Below, piece by piece: positions 23,786 through 36,374 of a DNA stretch of 64,000 nucleotides; the first letter of the stretch is position 1, and each line of letters opens with the position of its first letter. The stretch covers positions 1,364,001-1,428,000 of the forward strand of contig NEEC01000014.1 of assembly GCA_002189035.1 (NCBI GenBank), given 5' to 3'. Below the pieces are notes generated by a model that saw only the letters and a list, made by a program, of their open reading frames with translations, had not been told where the DNA came from and did no database searches. The position numbers and the translations under genes were made by a program. The DNA is from Utricularia gibba (lineage: Eukaryota > Plantae > Magnoliophyta).

Positions 23786-26700
23786 ATGGCATCGGTTACT
23801 GGCGGCGGGGAAGCATCGGCTTGGCAGCCGAAGATGCAGGGCCTTCAGGAGATCTGCGGGCTCTTAGAGCAGCAGATGGCTCCAACATCCGATGACAAAT
23901 CGGTGGTGTGGCAGAAGCTGCAGGATTATTCTCAATATGCGGATTTCAATAATTATCTTGCGTTTGTTTTTGCGCGGCTGAGGTACTGGTTGTGTGTTGG
24001 TGGCAAGATACAAAATTGAGTGCCCTTTGGTTTAGTTAGTTTCGACCGCATTCTAGTAAGATATAGATTTCTCGATATTTTAGTTAGTCGTGTTGATTTT
24101 ACTGACTGAAGCTGCGATTAAACTTCTGACGACAGGGAAAATCGGTGGAGGTTAGACAAGCAGCGGGTTTGCTTCTGAAAAATAACATTAGAAGTTCGTA
24201 TAAAAGTATGCATCCAGCGAACCAGCAGTACATAAAATCCGAGTTGCTGCCTTGTATGGGCGCAGCGGATAGGCAAATTAAGTCTACTGCCGGAACCATT
24301 ATTAGTACTTTTGTTCAGATGGGGGGTGTGGCTGAATGGCCTGAGTTATTACATGCACTGTTGAAGTGCTTGGACAGTAACGATGTCAATCACATGGAAG
24401 GTGCTATGGATGCACTGGCTAAGGTATTGCATTCTTAGTATTTATGCCTGAGATATTCTTTTTGTTGTTTTTTTGTTTGTTTCAAGGCCCGACACCAAAA
24501 GATTTCAACTTTTATTATAAGTTTCACGTGCCTGTAAAAACTGCATTTCTATGTCGGTTTGGTGAATTGAGAGTGCCGAAATATAGTTGAGAATGCATTA
24601 TCTCTCATTTTCCAAATCCATAGTTGTTTGTGTGTTGCGGTTTAAAAGGTCTAACTCCTGATGGCAATATAGATCTGTGAGGATGTGCCTCAAGTGCTTG
24701 ATTCTGAAATCTCTGGACTAGCTGAACGGCCTATCAATGTTTTCCTTCCAAGATTCCTTCAGGTTCTGGTGATATATTTCCTGCAGTTCCCCGAATATTA
24801 ATCCAGTACCATAGGAGGAAAATGCAGTTTTCGAATTTCCCGTTTATATTGGATCTCCCCTATTTTGCTTACTTATTTTATTTTGTGGGATGAGCAGCTC
24901 TTCCATTCACCCCATACCATTCTACGGAAGCTTTCCCTCGCTTCAGTAAATCAATATATCATGTTAATGCCAAAGGTGAGGAAAATCAGTTTGGTCTAAG
25001 ATATATATGCATGTGGATTCGATGGATACAATAATTGTTTACATAGTTTAATGCGCACATGATTTGAATGCATAACCAATTTTTCTTTGTAGGCTCTGTA
25101 TTTATCGATGGATAAATACTTGCTAGGCTTGTTTTCTCTGTCCAATGACTCTGCACCGGAGGTTCGGAAATTGGTAAGTAATGCTCCATGTTTTTCTTTT
25201 GAAATGGAAAGACTTTAGGTGGTGTCCATGTGTGATATCTACTAATTATTCTTTGTAATAATGGCCAGTTTAGCTGATTCTCTGCATGGGACTTTCTATT
25301 CCCTAAAAAAGAATTATTTATAACCACTGCTCAATTTGTGATACTCTCCTGTGCAGGTGTGCTCTGCGTTCGTTCAGTTTATAGAAGTTCATCCTTCTGT
25401 TTTGGAGGTGAGTGTTCTTTGTTTTCCATTCTACTTCATTGGCTACTTAGTTTTCTACATTGCTATTAGAAGTTGTTATTGAATTTTATGTACCATTGTT
25501 TCTGATATTATTCTTGTACAATGCTACAGCCACATTTGAGAAATGTGATAGAATACATGGTGATGATCAATGAGGGCCCTGATGATGAAGTGGCTTTAGA
25601 AGCGTGTGAATTTTGGTAAATTTTCCTTCTAAGAATGTCTTACGCAATGTCGAAATATTTAGATTTTGGTCAACTTTGAGTCATAGCTTTTGATATTCAC
25701 CGTGAGTGTGTTGTATTTCTGCGTTTCAAAATAAAAAAGATGCTTGCCCTGCATGCCTCGACCAATGAACATTATTTTTCGGGTGGGAACTTCCACAGAA
25801 GATATTGCTTTTGATTTATCTTCAGTTCATTTATTTCTTAATGAAATCACTTCCTCTCTGATCAGTATTTCTCTACGGACAGGTCTGCATATTGTGAAGC
25901 TGGATTGCAACTTGAAAACCTGAGAGAAGTTTTACCACGTCTCATACCTGTATGCCTGCACTAGTGAATTTCCATTTAGCTGAATTATTCCCTTATATTG
26001 TTCTATGGTTCACGCTTGATGAATGTCACCAGATTCTGCTGAAAAACATGGCATATGCTGATGACGATGAATCTCTAGTGGAAGCTGAGGTAGACTTTTT
26101 GTTTCTTAGTTTGCTAATCATCAGTAATCAACCTTGTTAAGAGTAACGGCTGTTGGTTTTTTGTCCTCTGATTTTCAGGAGGATGGGTCTCTTCCAGATC
26201 GAGACCAGGTTCAGTCTTGATTAGTATTTTTGGGAAATTTATGATTATATATAACATTTTTTATTCACTTAGATGCTCACTCCGATTCTTCAAACAGGAC
26301 CTGAAGCCTCGTTTTCATTCATCACGTATTCATGGGATAGAGAATGCTGAAGATGAAACGGAAGATGTCGCAGATGAGGTATCTACTCTATGTTCATTCT
26401 TATTTTTTGCATCTTGGTTAGGGGGGAGTGAGGTTTCTGTCTGAGACACTCAGATCCTCAATCATTTGCGAAAGCGTTTTCTACTTCACCTACTTAAGGG
26501 TGTTCTGTTTTGCAGGATGATGACATTGTAAATATCTGGAATTTGCGTAAGTGCAGTGCAGCTGCTCTTGATTGTTTGTCCAATGTTTTTGGAGATGAGC
26601 TTTTACCCACATTGATGCCTATTGTTCAGGTTGTTAGACTATTCATTGAAGCTCTTTATTTGCTAGGAGCTGTAACTGAGCGCTTTTCAATTCATTAATC

Positions 26701-29700
26701 TATATTTTAGGATGATTTAGTTTTGTTGCACTTCGTTTGAGCGTTTCAAGAAACACATTTCCACAAGGGCCGAAAAATAAATTACAGATTTGATTGCACA
26801 AAACCTTTTTGTTATGTTACGTCTGTCTCCATGGGGTGATTTTTTAGAGTACAAACTTTCATTTTCATTTGCAGATGAAATTGTCTACAGTGGGTGATGA
26901 TGCTTGGAAAGATAGAGAAGCTGCAATCCTCGCTCTTGGTGCTGTAGGCGAGGGTTGCATAAATGGTTTATATCCTCATCTGTCGGAGGTAAATAGTTGA
27001 GTTAATTACAAAAATAGTTAAGCATCACATGAGATTTCTTTATCGTATATGAAATATGTTGAGCAACACATTGAATCATATCCATGAAACTTTAAATTGT
27101 ATATAAATTGAACTTTCTGCTGATGGTTTCTGGGGTTTTATCATGCATTGTGATAGAAAATTTGAGGTCGAATTTGTGTGACTGTTGTTTCATAATTTTT
27201 ATGTCATGACCTCGGTATGCATTATAGAATGTTTGTTGATGGTTCTTTTATGTTTTAAAAGATCAATGTGTCAGCATTTGTATCTGTATATCTTATGTCC
27301 GTTAATATATTATGCTGCAGATTATTACATTTCTTATTCCGCACTTGGATGACAAATTTCCTCTGATACGGAGCATTACTTGTTGGACTCTTTCACGTTT
27401 TAGCAAGTACACCGTTCAGGTAACCTAGATTAACTATAGGATGTTTTGCGACCTTGCCATGTCACTTCTTCTGTCAATCTGGGTCACCTGATTGTGTGGA
27501 AAGAGTTTTAGGCATTGGAAGTGTTTTGATGTCTGATATTGGCACCTTTTCAATATCGTATAGGGTATTGCTTCTCAGCAAGGCCTTGATCAATTTGAAA
27601 AGGTGCTTGTGGGACTACTGAGAAGAATATTGGATGATAATAAGCGTGTGCAAGAAGCTGCTTGTTCAGCTTTTGCTACACTTGAAGAGGTTCTTTTAAT
27701 GCCCTTTTGCTTCTCCATGAATTCAAAAATGCCCTTGATTTTGAACATTTGTATCTTTTTTCCCAGGAGGCAGCTGGAGAGTTGGTTCCGCATGTTGGAG
27801 TTATTTTGCAGCACCTAATGCGTGCTTTTGAGAAATATCAGGTGGATTAGAATACCCTGTTTCACTGAACAGGAATACATGTTTTCTCTCCTACCTTGTC
27901 TGATCCAAGGCTTGTTCTGTTGTAGAGGCGGAACCTTAGAATTGTTTATGATGCCATTGGAACCTTAGCTGATGCTGTTGGGGCAGAGCTAAATCAGGTA
28001 TTTTATTTCAGTGAAATCCAGTACATTGTTTTCTTGCGCTCAATCCTTAATGCCTGAAGCATATACTTCGCTATGCCTTTCAATATTATGCGCCAAACAT
28101 GCTGCTAATGTCATGCTGTCGTTACTTCAGCCTAAATATTTGGAGATTTTGATGCGACCATTGATTTCAAAGTGGCAGCAACTATCAAACTCTGATAAAG
28201 ATCTTTTCCCACTGCTAGAGTGCTTGACATCAGTTGCACAGGTAATTTATTCATCATTCTTTTTCTTTAGTATTCTAGCTGAATTATTCTGCTGTTAATG
28301 CTGTCTAGAACTGCGACCTGTTTCTAGTGCTACATGAAGTGTCTTGAATTATATTTTTTCCCAGAGCCATTTAACTTGGCACCCTTCATCTGTCAATTTT
28401 TTGGGGGTTTTATTAATGTTGAAAGTAACCATATCACCTCTTTTATCAGGCATTAGGTACAGGGTTCTCTCCATTTGCTCCACCAGTCTTTCAGAGATGC
28501 ATAAGCATCATTGAAAGTCAGCAGTTGGCCAAGGTTTTGACTGAAAACTCATCCCTTTGTATAGACATTAATCTCAGTGGATCTAAATAACATCAAACAT
28601 TATTTATCTTTATGTTATATTGATCAGGGTGGTGAATGAAAATATGTCTTTTTGCGTAGTCATTAACTTCACTATATCTACACGTCAAACATTGATATGT
28701 AACTTCACTATATTTTTACTATTGAATGTGATGATGGTTTATACTTATCAGAAAAAGGTGATATTATGATGATGCTCTGTCTATTCTCATTATTCTCACG
28801 TAGAATTCCTTTTCTTTTCCTTTGGGTGTTGTAATTGAATTCTCAACGCTTTTGTAAAAAGCACTTTACTGACATTCTAATGGGTTGTTTATAGGTGAAC
28901 CCTGTTTCAGCTGGTGTACAATTTGATAAGGAATTCATAGTTTACTCCTTGGATCTATTATCTGGGCTTGCTGAGGGCCTTGGTCCTGGAATAGAGAGTT
29001 TGGTACGAGTTTTTCTTTTTCTTTTTCCTTCAAATTCAACTGCTCTTGTTGATATTTCCTTGCGAAGTCAAAGTATCTTGTTCACTTATGATCTACTGGT
29101 TGGGAGTTAGGGATAATGATTCCTTGCGAGCTAGATGGCCACACATCAGTGCTCTCTGAGTAAATTCTGGTTTTACTGATCCAATTTCCACATTCTATTT
29201 AAACTTTGCAATAGTTCAAGTTGACCACAATTCGTATTTTTTTTATTTCTGTGTGGGTTTCCATTCTTCTGTGCTTGATATTTGTTACGTTTTTTCATTG
29301 TTACCATAGGTCTCCCAAAGTAATTTGAGAGAGTTGCTACTGCAATGTTGCCTGGATGATGCTTTTGATGTTCGTCAGAGTGCTTTTGCTCTTCTTGGGG
29401 ACCTTGCGAAGGTATTAATCTATAGACAAGCTTCTTGACCTGGTTGCTTTGTTTTGAGTTTTTGCTTTTTCAAAGTTGAACAATTGGTGTCATGTATAAT
29501 TGCAACACCTACGTCAGAGTTGAAAACTCTTAAACTTATATTTTGATGATTTCATAGGTTTGTCCAGTGCACTTGCATCCTCGTTTGCCTGAATTTCTTG
29601 ATGCTGCTGCCAAGCAATTGGTAAGAGAACTTATTTTGTGTATTATGGCTATTGTTTTCATTTGAATCCAATTCGTTTACCTGTCCTCCCTTAAACAGAG

Positions 29701-32034
29701 CACCCCAAAGCTGAGGGAGACTGTTTCCGTTGCAAACAATGCTTGCTGGGCTATTGGCGAACTGGCAATTAGGGTATGTGGATGGACCTACACAGTGTCT
29801 TAAGAAACAATTTTAGTACTCTGTTTTGAATTCGAGTTCACAAGTTCTTCGGACTTATTGAAGTGAGATTCCATGGTATCCTGTGTCAACTTTATTAGTT
29901 TTTTGGTGCCTTTTTTTTTTCTCATGGAAACTTATTCCAAATGCATGGCATCATGTATTTGCTTTTTTTTCTTGTACATTTCTATTTGTTTTTCATTATG
30001 TAATTTTTTCCGTTTTTGTCGCTTATCACTTCTGCCTTTTGATTTCTCCTGTAGTAAAGGCAATTATTTCATATCATTTCTTTGAATTTCTTTTGTCATA
30101 TGTGGCTTAATCCTGCATATTTTCTGTATTTTTTATTCTTATCCTTGTGTGCTTGTATTATATGTCAGGTCCGCAAAGATGTTTCTCCAGTAGTTCTCAC
30201 GGTTGTTGCATCCTTGGTTCCAATACTTGAGCACCCTGAGGTGACACTGCACCCTTGATTCCTAGTTGTGTTATTGTGTTGATTTTTGATGCAGTTGTCA
30301 TTTTTCAAATGTTTGACTTGCATACAATGTACTTGTGAGGAGTGGGTTAACTGACGAGTAGGAAAGAATGAAAGATGTTTCAGATGACATCCGGATAGAG
30401 GTCTTTTTGAGTAATGCTGACCATTATCAGTTCCTTGGAGTTGAATGACCATGTTACTTTTACTATAATGCATGTAGGGTTAGTTATTTTTTACTAAGAG
30501 TGATTCAGTCTAGCATTGTTTTAGTTACCATGTTGGCACTCAAGAAAGAATATATACATGCTACTATTGATGGTTATATGATGTTTCTTTTTTTGTTGAC
30601 TGAAGGCTTTCAACAAATCTCTCATTGAGAACACTGCCATTACACTAGGAAGACTTGCTTGGGCATGCCCGGAAATTGTCTCACCACACATGGAACATTT
30701 TATGCAATCATGGTGTACGGCTTTGTCCATGTAAGTTACCTTATATGATAATTGTTGCTTCACTCTATATGTATAATCTTTTCTAGTTCTAGTGATTAGA
30801 TCTTAATTTTATGTAGAGGAAAATGCAAAATTGTATAAAGTTCATGCTTTCAAGTTGATTCATATGAAGAGCCCTTATGACTCAGAAGAAGTATTTTTAT
30901 CAATGTGGTCACAAATTTCTTTTTGAGAGCATTGCCTTCGGAGCCTTTCGATATACTTTGAAGCTTTCTTAAGCCGCCAAAACCATGAATAGAGGCATAC
31001 AAGTGCTTTTCCTTGTGTGGATCCTATTTCAATGGGAACTTGATGAGTCGATCCACCTACACGTCTTGCTTTTACTGCTATATCGGGAGTCCATTTTTTC
31101 TTTCTAATTTTTTTTGTTTAATATATAAGATGAATTGAACGACTCGGTTCAATCTCTTACTTGTTTCAATTGAGTTGCATAGTCCATTTTGGGTCTGTTA
31201 TTCTATCAAAGCGTTGGGTTTCTAAATTCTCGTAGGGCCCCCCTGGAAGTCCTTCTAACGCCTGTTGTATAATTTTGATGGCTTCTTTCATTTCATTGAT
31301 TCGTACTAAATACCTCGCTAATGAATCCCCTTCTTTTTGCCATTGAATCTCCCAATCAAATATTCTGTGCCAGTCAGTGTATTTATGTTTTTATCATTGT
31401 GGCAGGATACGGGATGATATAGAGAAAGAAGATGCTTTCAGAGGTTTATGCGCAATGGTAAATGTCTCCCTTTCCTTGATTTCGTACGGATTTTTTGACA
31501 ATAACACTTAAATAAACTTTGGCATCTTATGGTTGGCAGGTCAGAGCAAACCCTAATGGGGCCTTGAATTCACTCGTTTTAATGTGTAAAGCCATTGCAA
31601 GTTGGCATGTAAGTGATGTAATCGCCTGATAGGTGTTGGTGTGTGCTTCTGTTTACTTGCTGATGCTCATCTTTTCTTCATTTTATCTGGTGATAGGAAA
31701 TAAGAAGTGAGGATCTACACAATGAAATTGTGCTGGTGTTGCAGGGCTATAAACAAGTAAGTCAACTTTTACCACCAATCCCTTCTTACAACGTTATTGC
31801 ATAGAAAAATTTAACCCCTTTTAGGGTAATGTTCAAGAAATTTTGACCGAAAGTTTCTTTATAATGAGACCTCATACAGAGAATATGAACAGCATTTGCG
31901 GATTGACATCATCATGATTGACATGTTTACTTGGTAAATTTAAATTTGAGCAGATGCTTAAGAGCGGAGGGTGGGAACAGTGCATGGCCGCTTTGGGCCC
32001 TTTGAAGGAGAAGCTGTCAAAATATCAAGTATAG
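23786..32034 (+). CDS. TRN1: Transportin-1 (importin-beta family); more than 20 short exons; apparent 1-nt deletion at 23976-23977
   Basis: [16 protein letters not shown]; [13 protein letters not shown]; acidic loop [17 protein letters not shown]; [12 protein letters not shown]; [16 protein letters not shown]; [12 protein letters not shown]; ends KEKLSKYQV* at 32034. Confidence 0.93.
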
Positions 32035-32880
32035 CACAAAATCTTTATTTTATGCATCTGCCGTGAGCTGCAACAGAAGCAATCAAGCATGCTGCGGGGC
32101 TTGTGAGATTGTCTAGTTGAAAGGTTTTTGGGGGAAGTTGTAAAACCATGTCCAGGCGATGAGTAGACACACACATTCATTCATGTTCATATTCCATTAA
32201 GCTCAGTTCCTCGCGCTCAAGGTAAGCGAACCTCCTTCTCAACGGAGAGAAGCATGCTGCCCAGGCTGGTGTACAGGTTTCAGTTTTTCCGAAGAAGTTT
32301 GTGGGGGTTGTCCTTTTTTTTCTTTTCTTACCGGCTGAGTTGATACCATTTTGTCTTGCTAGGAGGTGAAGTGTTATTATGATATAGATTTTGGCTGTCT
32401 GTATCCCTGTTATTTGGTTATTTGGTTCTTCACAGTTGAGATTGGCGGATGCGATTCGATCATTCGCTGTGTGTACTCTGGATCCCGTTTTTCCTGTCCT
32501 AGGTATTATGCCTTCACATTAGATGGGTATGTTCTTGCTGAGATAGTGTCCAAATTCGGACACAAGGTAGTGTACAACCGACACGTGGCCTCCATGTTTT
32601 GGACACGCAAGAAATTGGCCTGTGGTGGGGTTGCCACCTCTCGTTCTCATTTTAGGTATTAGATATTGCATACGCGATTGATTGTCCAAATTGAGAATTT
32701 TGGTATCCAAAAACAGTATCAAAGATGAATGGATCGCTCTACTCCTAAGATCAACTGATCCACCAGAATGAACTTTTTTGTCTGCATGTATAATTGGGAA
32801 TCATTACTATTCTAGAAAATGGAGAGAGAGGTTTCAGATGGTTGTTCTTCCCTTTCAGCTCACTGTTTGATTACAGATGA

Positions 32881-33118
32881 GGTGGTTGCAGTTGGAAAGG
32901 GGCCACCCCAGATTCAAATGAATGAGTAGACCCCTAAGTTCACCTGACAGGAGCAGCAACTTGACTGGTGCAGTCCCTTGCAGTGAAGTGGTGTTGTGTT
33001 CTTGACAGGTTAGGGGTCATTTCCTTCTGTTAGTGGGAGGCAAAAAGATCACTCCTTTGTATTACCTGTTTGTTTCAACTTCCTTTCTGGTGCTTGTGGG
33101 AGGCAAACAGGCACATGG
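32881..33118 (+). other. Candidate structured non-coding element (three hairpins, duplicated motif, terminal ACA)
   Basis: Hairpins 32881-32907 (7 bp), 32929-33018 (about 25 bp with bulges) and 33065-33111 (12 bp, CCUGUUUGUUUC/GAGGCAAACAGG); ACA at 33113-33115; AGATCA at 33046-33051. Folded by eye only. Confidence 0.3.
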
Positions 33119-33338
33119 AACTCCACCTTTTGTGACTCTAAAGCTCTGGAGTATAACATAAGCAAAAGCAAAAATTCGAAGATGTGTGATGGAGGGTTGA
33201 ACTGGTCAATTTCCATCCTCTACCTTCCTGCCTGCCTATCTGTCTGTCAATCATCGGATGAGGATTATCATTCATTTTTTATCAGAGCCGCCAGCAGGGG
33301 ACTAGATGTGAAGAGACGACTTTGGCAGGGAGGAGGAT

Positions 33339-35047
33339 ATGGGTTCAGGGTGCTTGAGTCTGAGACGCGTCTGCATAGACCGGATTTGCTGTGTGAATCC
33401 TCTTCTTGTTGGCTTGGCAGCCGCATCCCGGAGCTCTCGGGGGAGGATCGGCGCCGGCGGCGACAACCCCCGGCAAGATTTCGCCACCCGGATACTCTCC
33501 ACTCTCCATTTCAACACGGAGTTCACTAACCATGAGGCGATTCCGTCGCTGGACGAGGCACTTTCAGACCTCATGGCTGCGTTACCTCACTACTTGAATA
33601 CAGTTCTTGCAGATAGCATCAGAGGAAGGGAATACTTTCACCTCTCCGCATCCCACATCGTCTGCCTTGATTATATTGGCCAGGGGCTTTTCTCCAGTTC
33701 CCAGATGCCGAATTCTATTCCGGCAACTGATATCCCTTCCTCATCATCCGCGCCACCCTCTGCTACTCCTCCAGCCTGTATAGATGAACCCCATTTCTTT
33801 GATGTTTCTCCTGGTTCTCCAAACTTGGTCTCCCATCTACTTAACCGAAGTTCCGGATCACAATTTGAAGCTGCAATGCGACACAGAATCATGAAGTATA
33901 TGAACTTGCGTGCAGAAGACTATTCACTGGTATTCACAGTGAATGAATCATCGGCATTCAAGCTTGTTGCGGACTGCTACCCCTTCCAGTCTAACCAGTC
34001 TTTGCTCACCATGTATGATCACGAGAACGAGGCCATTGAATCGATGATCCGTAGTTCCAAGAAGCGGGGAGCTCGAGCTCAATCAGCTCGGTTTTCATGG
34101 CCAGATCTGAGAATCAGACAAGGAAGATTGAGGAGAGCGATAGTGAACAAGGGTAAGATGAAGAACCGTGGACTGTTTGTTTTCCCTCTGCATTCAAGAG
34201 TAACAGGATCACAGTATTCTTACCAGTGGATGAATATAGCCAGAGAAAATGGATGGCATGTTCTTCTTGATGGATGTGCTCTGGGACCTAAAGAAATGGA
34301 TACCTTGGGCTCTCTCTTTTTCAGCCGGATTTCCTCATCTGCTCATTCTACAAGATCTTCGGCCAAAATCCCACTGGTTTCTGCTGCTTAATCATCAAGA
34401 ACACCGTCAATGAGCATCTCATTCAAACCCCAGCAAGCATGGGAATCATTAACCTGGTTCCACCACAGGATCAGACAAAGAACCAAGAAACAGAAAAATT
34501 TGATGAAATCGAGAGCAGAAGGGAGATCCACTGTCGGGGACTGGATCACGCAGACACGTTAGGCCTAATACTGATCAGTACAAGATTACGATGCTTGAGC
34601 AACTGGCTAATAAATGCATTGCTCAGCCTCCGGCACCCGAGTTCCGGCAACGGCCTTCCCCTGGTAAGAATATTCGGGCCAAAAATCAAACTTAGCCGCG
34701 GCCCGGCAGTGGCGTTCAATGTGTACGATTGGAGAGGTGAAAGAGTGGAACCCATTTTAGTACAGAAGCTCGCTAGCCGGAATAACATCTCTGTGAATTG
34801 TGGGTACTTGAAAAACTTGTGTTTCCCTGAACATTTGTCGGAAGAACAGAAACTTGTCGAGAATGGAAGACGAACCGGTTCAAGTGGTAGAGGATTTGGG
34901 GTGGTTTCAGTTTCTCTGAGCCTGATGAACGATCTTGAAGATGTTTACACATTTTGGGGCTTCGTTGCCCGATTCCTGGATGCAGACTATGTGGAGAAGG
35001 AGAAATGGAGATACTTTGCCCTCAACCTCAGGACCATCCATTTGTAG
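33339..35047 (+). CDS. Molybdenum cofactor sulfurase-like class V PLP-dependent enzyme (no MOSC domain; At5g51920-like); intronless; apparent 1-nt deletion at 34307-34309
   Basis: VCLDYIGQGLFS; YSLVFTVNESSAFKLVADCYPF; GLFVFPLHSRVTG; WHVLLDGCALGPKEMDTLG(L)SLFQPDFLICSFYKIFG after frame repair; HCRGLDHADTLGL; EKWRYFALN. Confidence 0.85.
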
Positions 35048-35064
35048 ACCAAAGCTGCACAGGG

Positions 35065-36195
35065 GATGTTCTTCAGCATTTCTTTTGTCATACAGAATTC
35101 CTGTGTTATTTCTGTAGCATCGATCGAGTTCGTTGTCACTCCCGCGGAGCAGCAATCAACTGAGCCTGTTCCTCAAGGGTGACATTTCTCCATGTACAGA
35201 CAGACGATGCACCTCCAGCATCTCCTTATGGCACACAGCTGCAGGGTTGGTGAAATTCCATATCCCTGTCAGGTTTCTCTTCGCCATCCATGAATACCAG
35301 GAGAAGCTCATCGAGGATTATCATTGAGAGTTGGGTATGTTGACAACCTTTTCTTAATGTGATGATCTTTGAGAGTTGGAGAGTGCAGGCTTTCTTATAG
35401 TTTTTGAGTGGTTCCTCAGCCTGAAAAGACAACATTGCAAGGAAGCAAGCAGCATTTACATCCTTTGCCACTATGTTGGGATGCAACAATGTTCATAGTC
35501 TGTTCTACTGTGCTGAAATCAGTTTTTCTTTTCAGAATTCCTCGATAACGCCAGGAATTGACCCCAATGTGATTGTATATAATGCATATTGATTCCAGAT
35601 CCTTGAAAGAAAAAGCAGGATTCAAGATTCCAACTCCAGGAGAAAAAAGGAAACACACACAATCAAATTCCAGAACCAAAATCCAGGGCGAAGAGATAAA
35701 GCATGATCTTTACCATTGCTTTAGTCTTGGAGTAAAAGGATCCGATAAACTTAGGCGTATCCTCGTCCTTAAAACCGACACCAGAATCAAGCGGATGCCC
35801 TCATCGTACTAAAAAATGCACCCGGTTGCATAATTCGTATGCAAAATCCGCTTTTCTCGGCAAACGCCGGCGAATGTCAGGGTGCCGACAACATGCGGCT
35901 CACACCAATCGGCGTTCGGACGACCCGTTACTCCGGCAGAATTGAAAACGTGGGTAGGCTGCACGGAGAATATGCCGGATAAAAGTGAATCCCAATTCTC
36001 CAATCGGCCGGAACCCTATCAGTAATCGATTTTCTGGCTTCGCAAAGCATTCCCAGCAACCCTTCGATCCAACCCGAATGGCCGTACATTAGGAACTTGA
36101 AGGTTTGCGCCGAGGACCCGTTCACGGAGGTGCAAGGCGGAAGACTGGCGTTCAATGTGTATTAGTCGCGTTTTGGCGGAAGCTTTACAAGCCAT
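35065..36195 (-). pseudogene. NRS/ER: Decayed NRS/ER (UDP-/dTDP-4-keto-6-deoxyglucose 3,5-epimerase/4-reductase; rhamnose synthesis) pseudogene
   Basis: Recognisable fragments FKFLMYGHSGWIEGLLG, PTHVFNSAGVTGRPNADWCE, NYATGCIF*YD, FYSKTKAM|, ILDELL, AKRNLTGIWNFTNP, TLEEQAQLIAAPRSDNELD. In-frame TAG at 35809-35811, an 8-codon deletion and several frameshifts; intron retained after KAM. Confidence 0.88.
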
Positions 36196-36374
36196 CAGCA
36201 ATGAGTTGCGAATCAGTAGGATAATAAAATTGGCTTCTTATGATGACGAGTTTAACATGTACACAGGATTCGAACAAATCCAAGCGGCAATGGTGTCATC
36301 TCTTTGTGGTCGTCGCTGGCTGCTGCATACTAAAAAGAGGCTGCCAGCTCTCCGTGTTGTATATCTACGGGTAG

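Noticed and set aside
28728-28872. C/D box snoRNA candidate in a TRN1 intron (GTGATGA...CTGA)
   Set aside because: Terminal stem is out of register, the interior is AT-rich, and I recognise no rRNA-complementary guide.
32995-33010. miR398-like sequence (TGTGTTCT...CAGGT)
   Set aside because: Has a 3-nt insertion and a non-matching 3' half; it is neither mature miR398 nor a valid target mimic on either strand.
33650-33660. Exact snRNA upstream sequence element (ATCCCACATCG)
   Set aside because: Lies inside the coding sequence (ASHIV) of the PLP enzyme, with no properly spaced TATA box or snRNA downstream.
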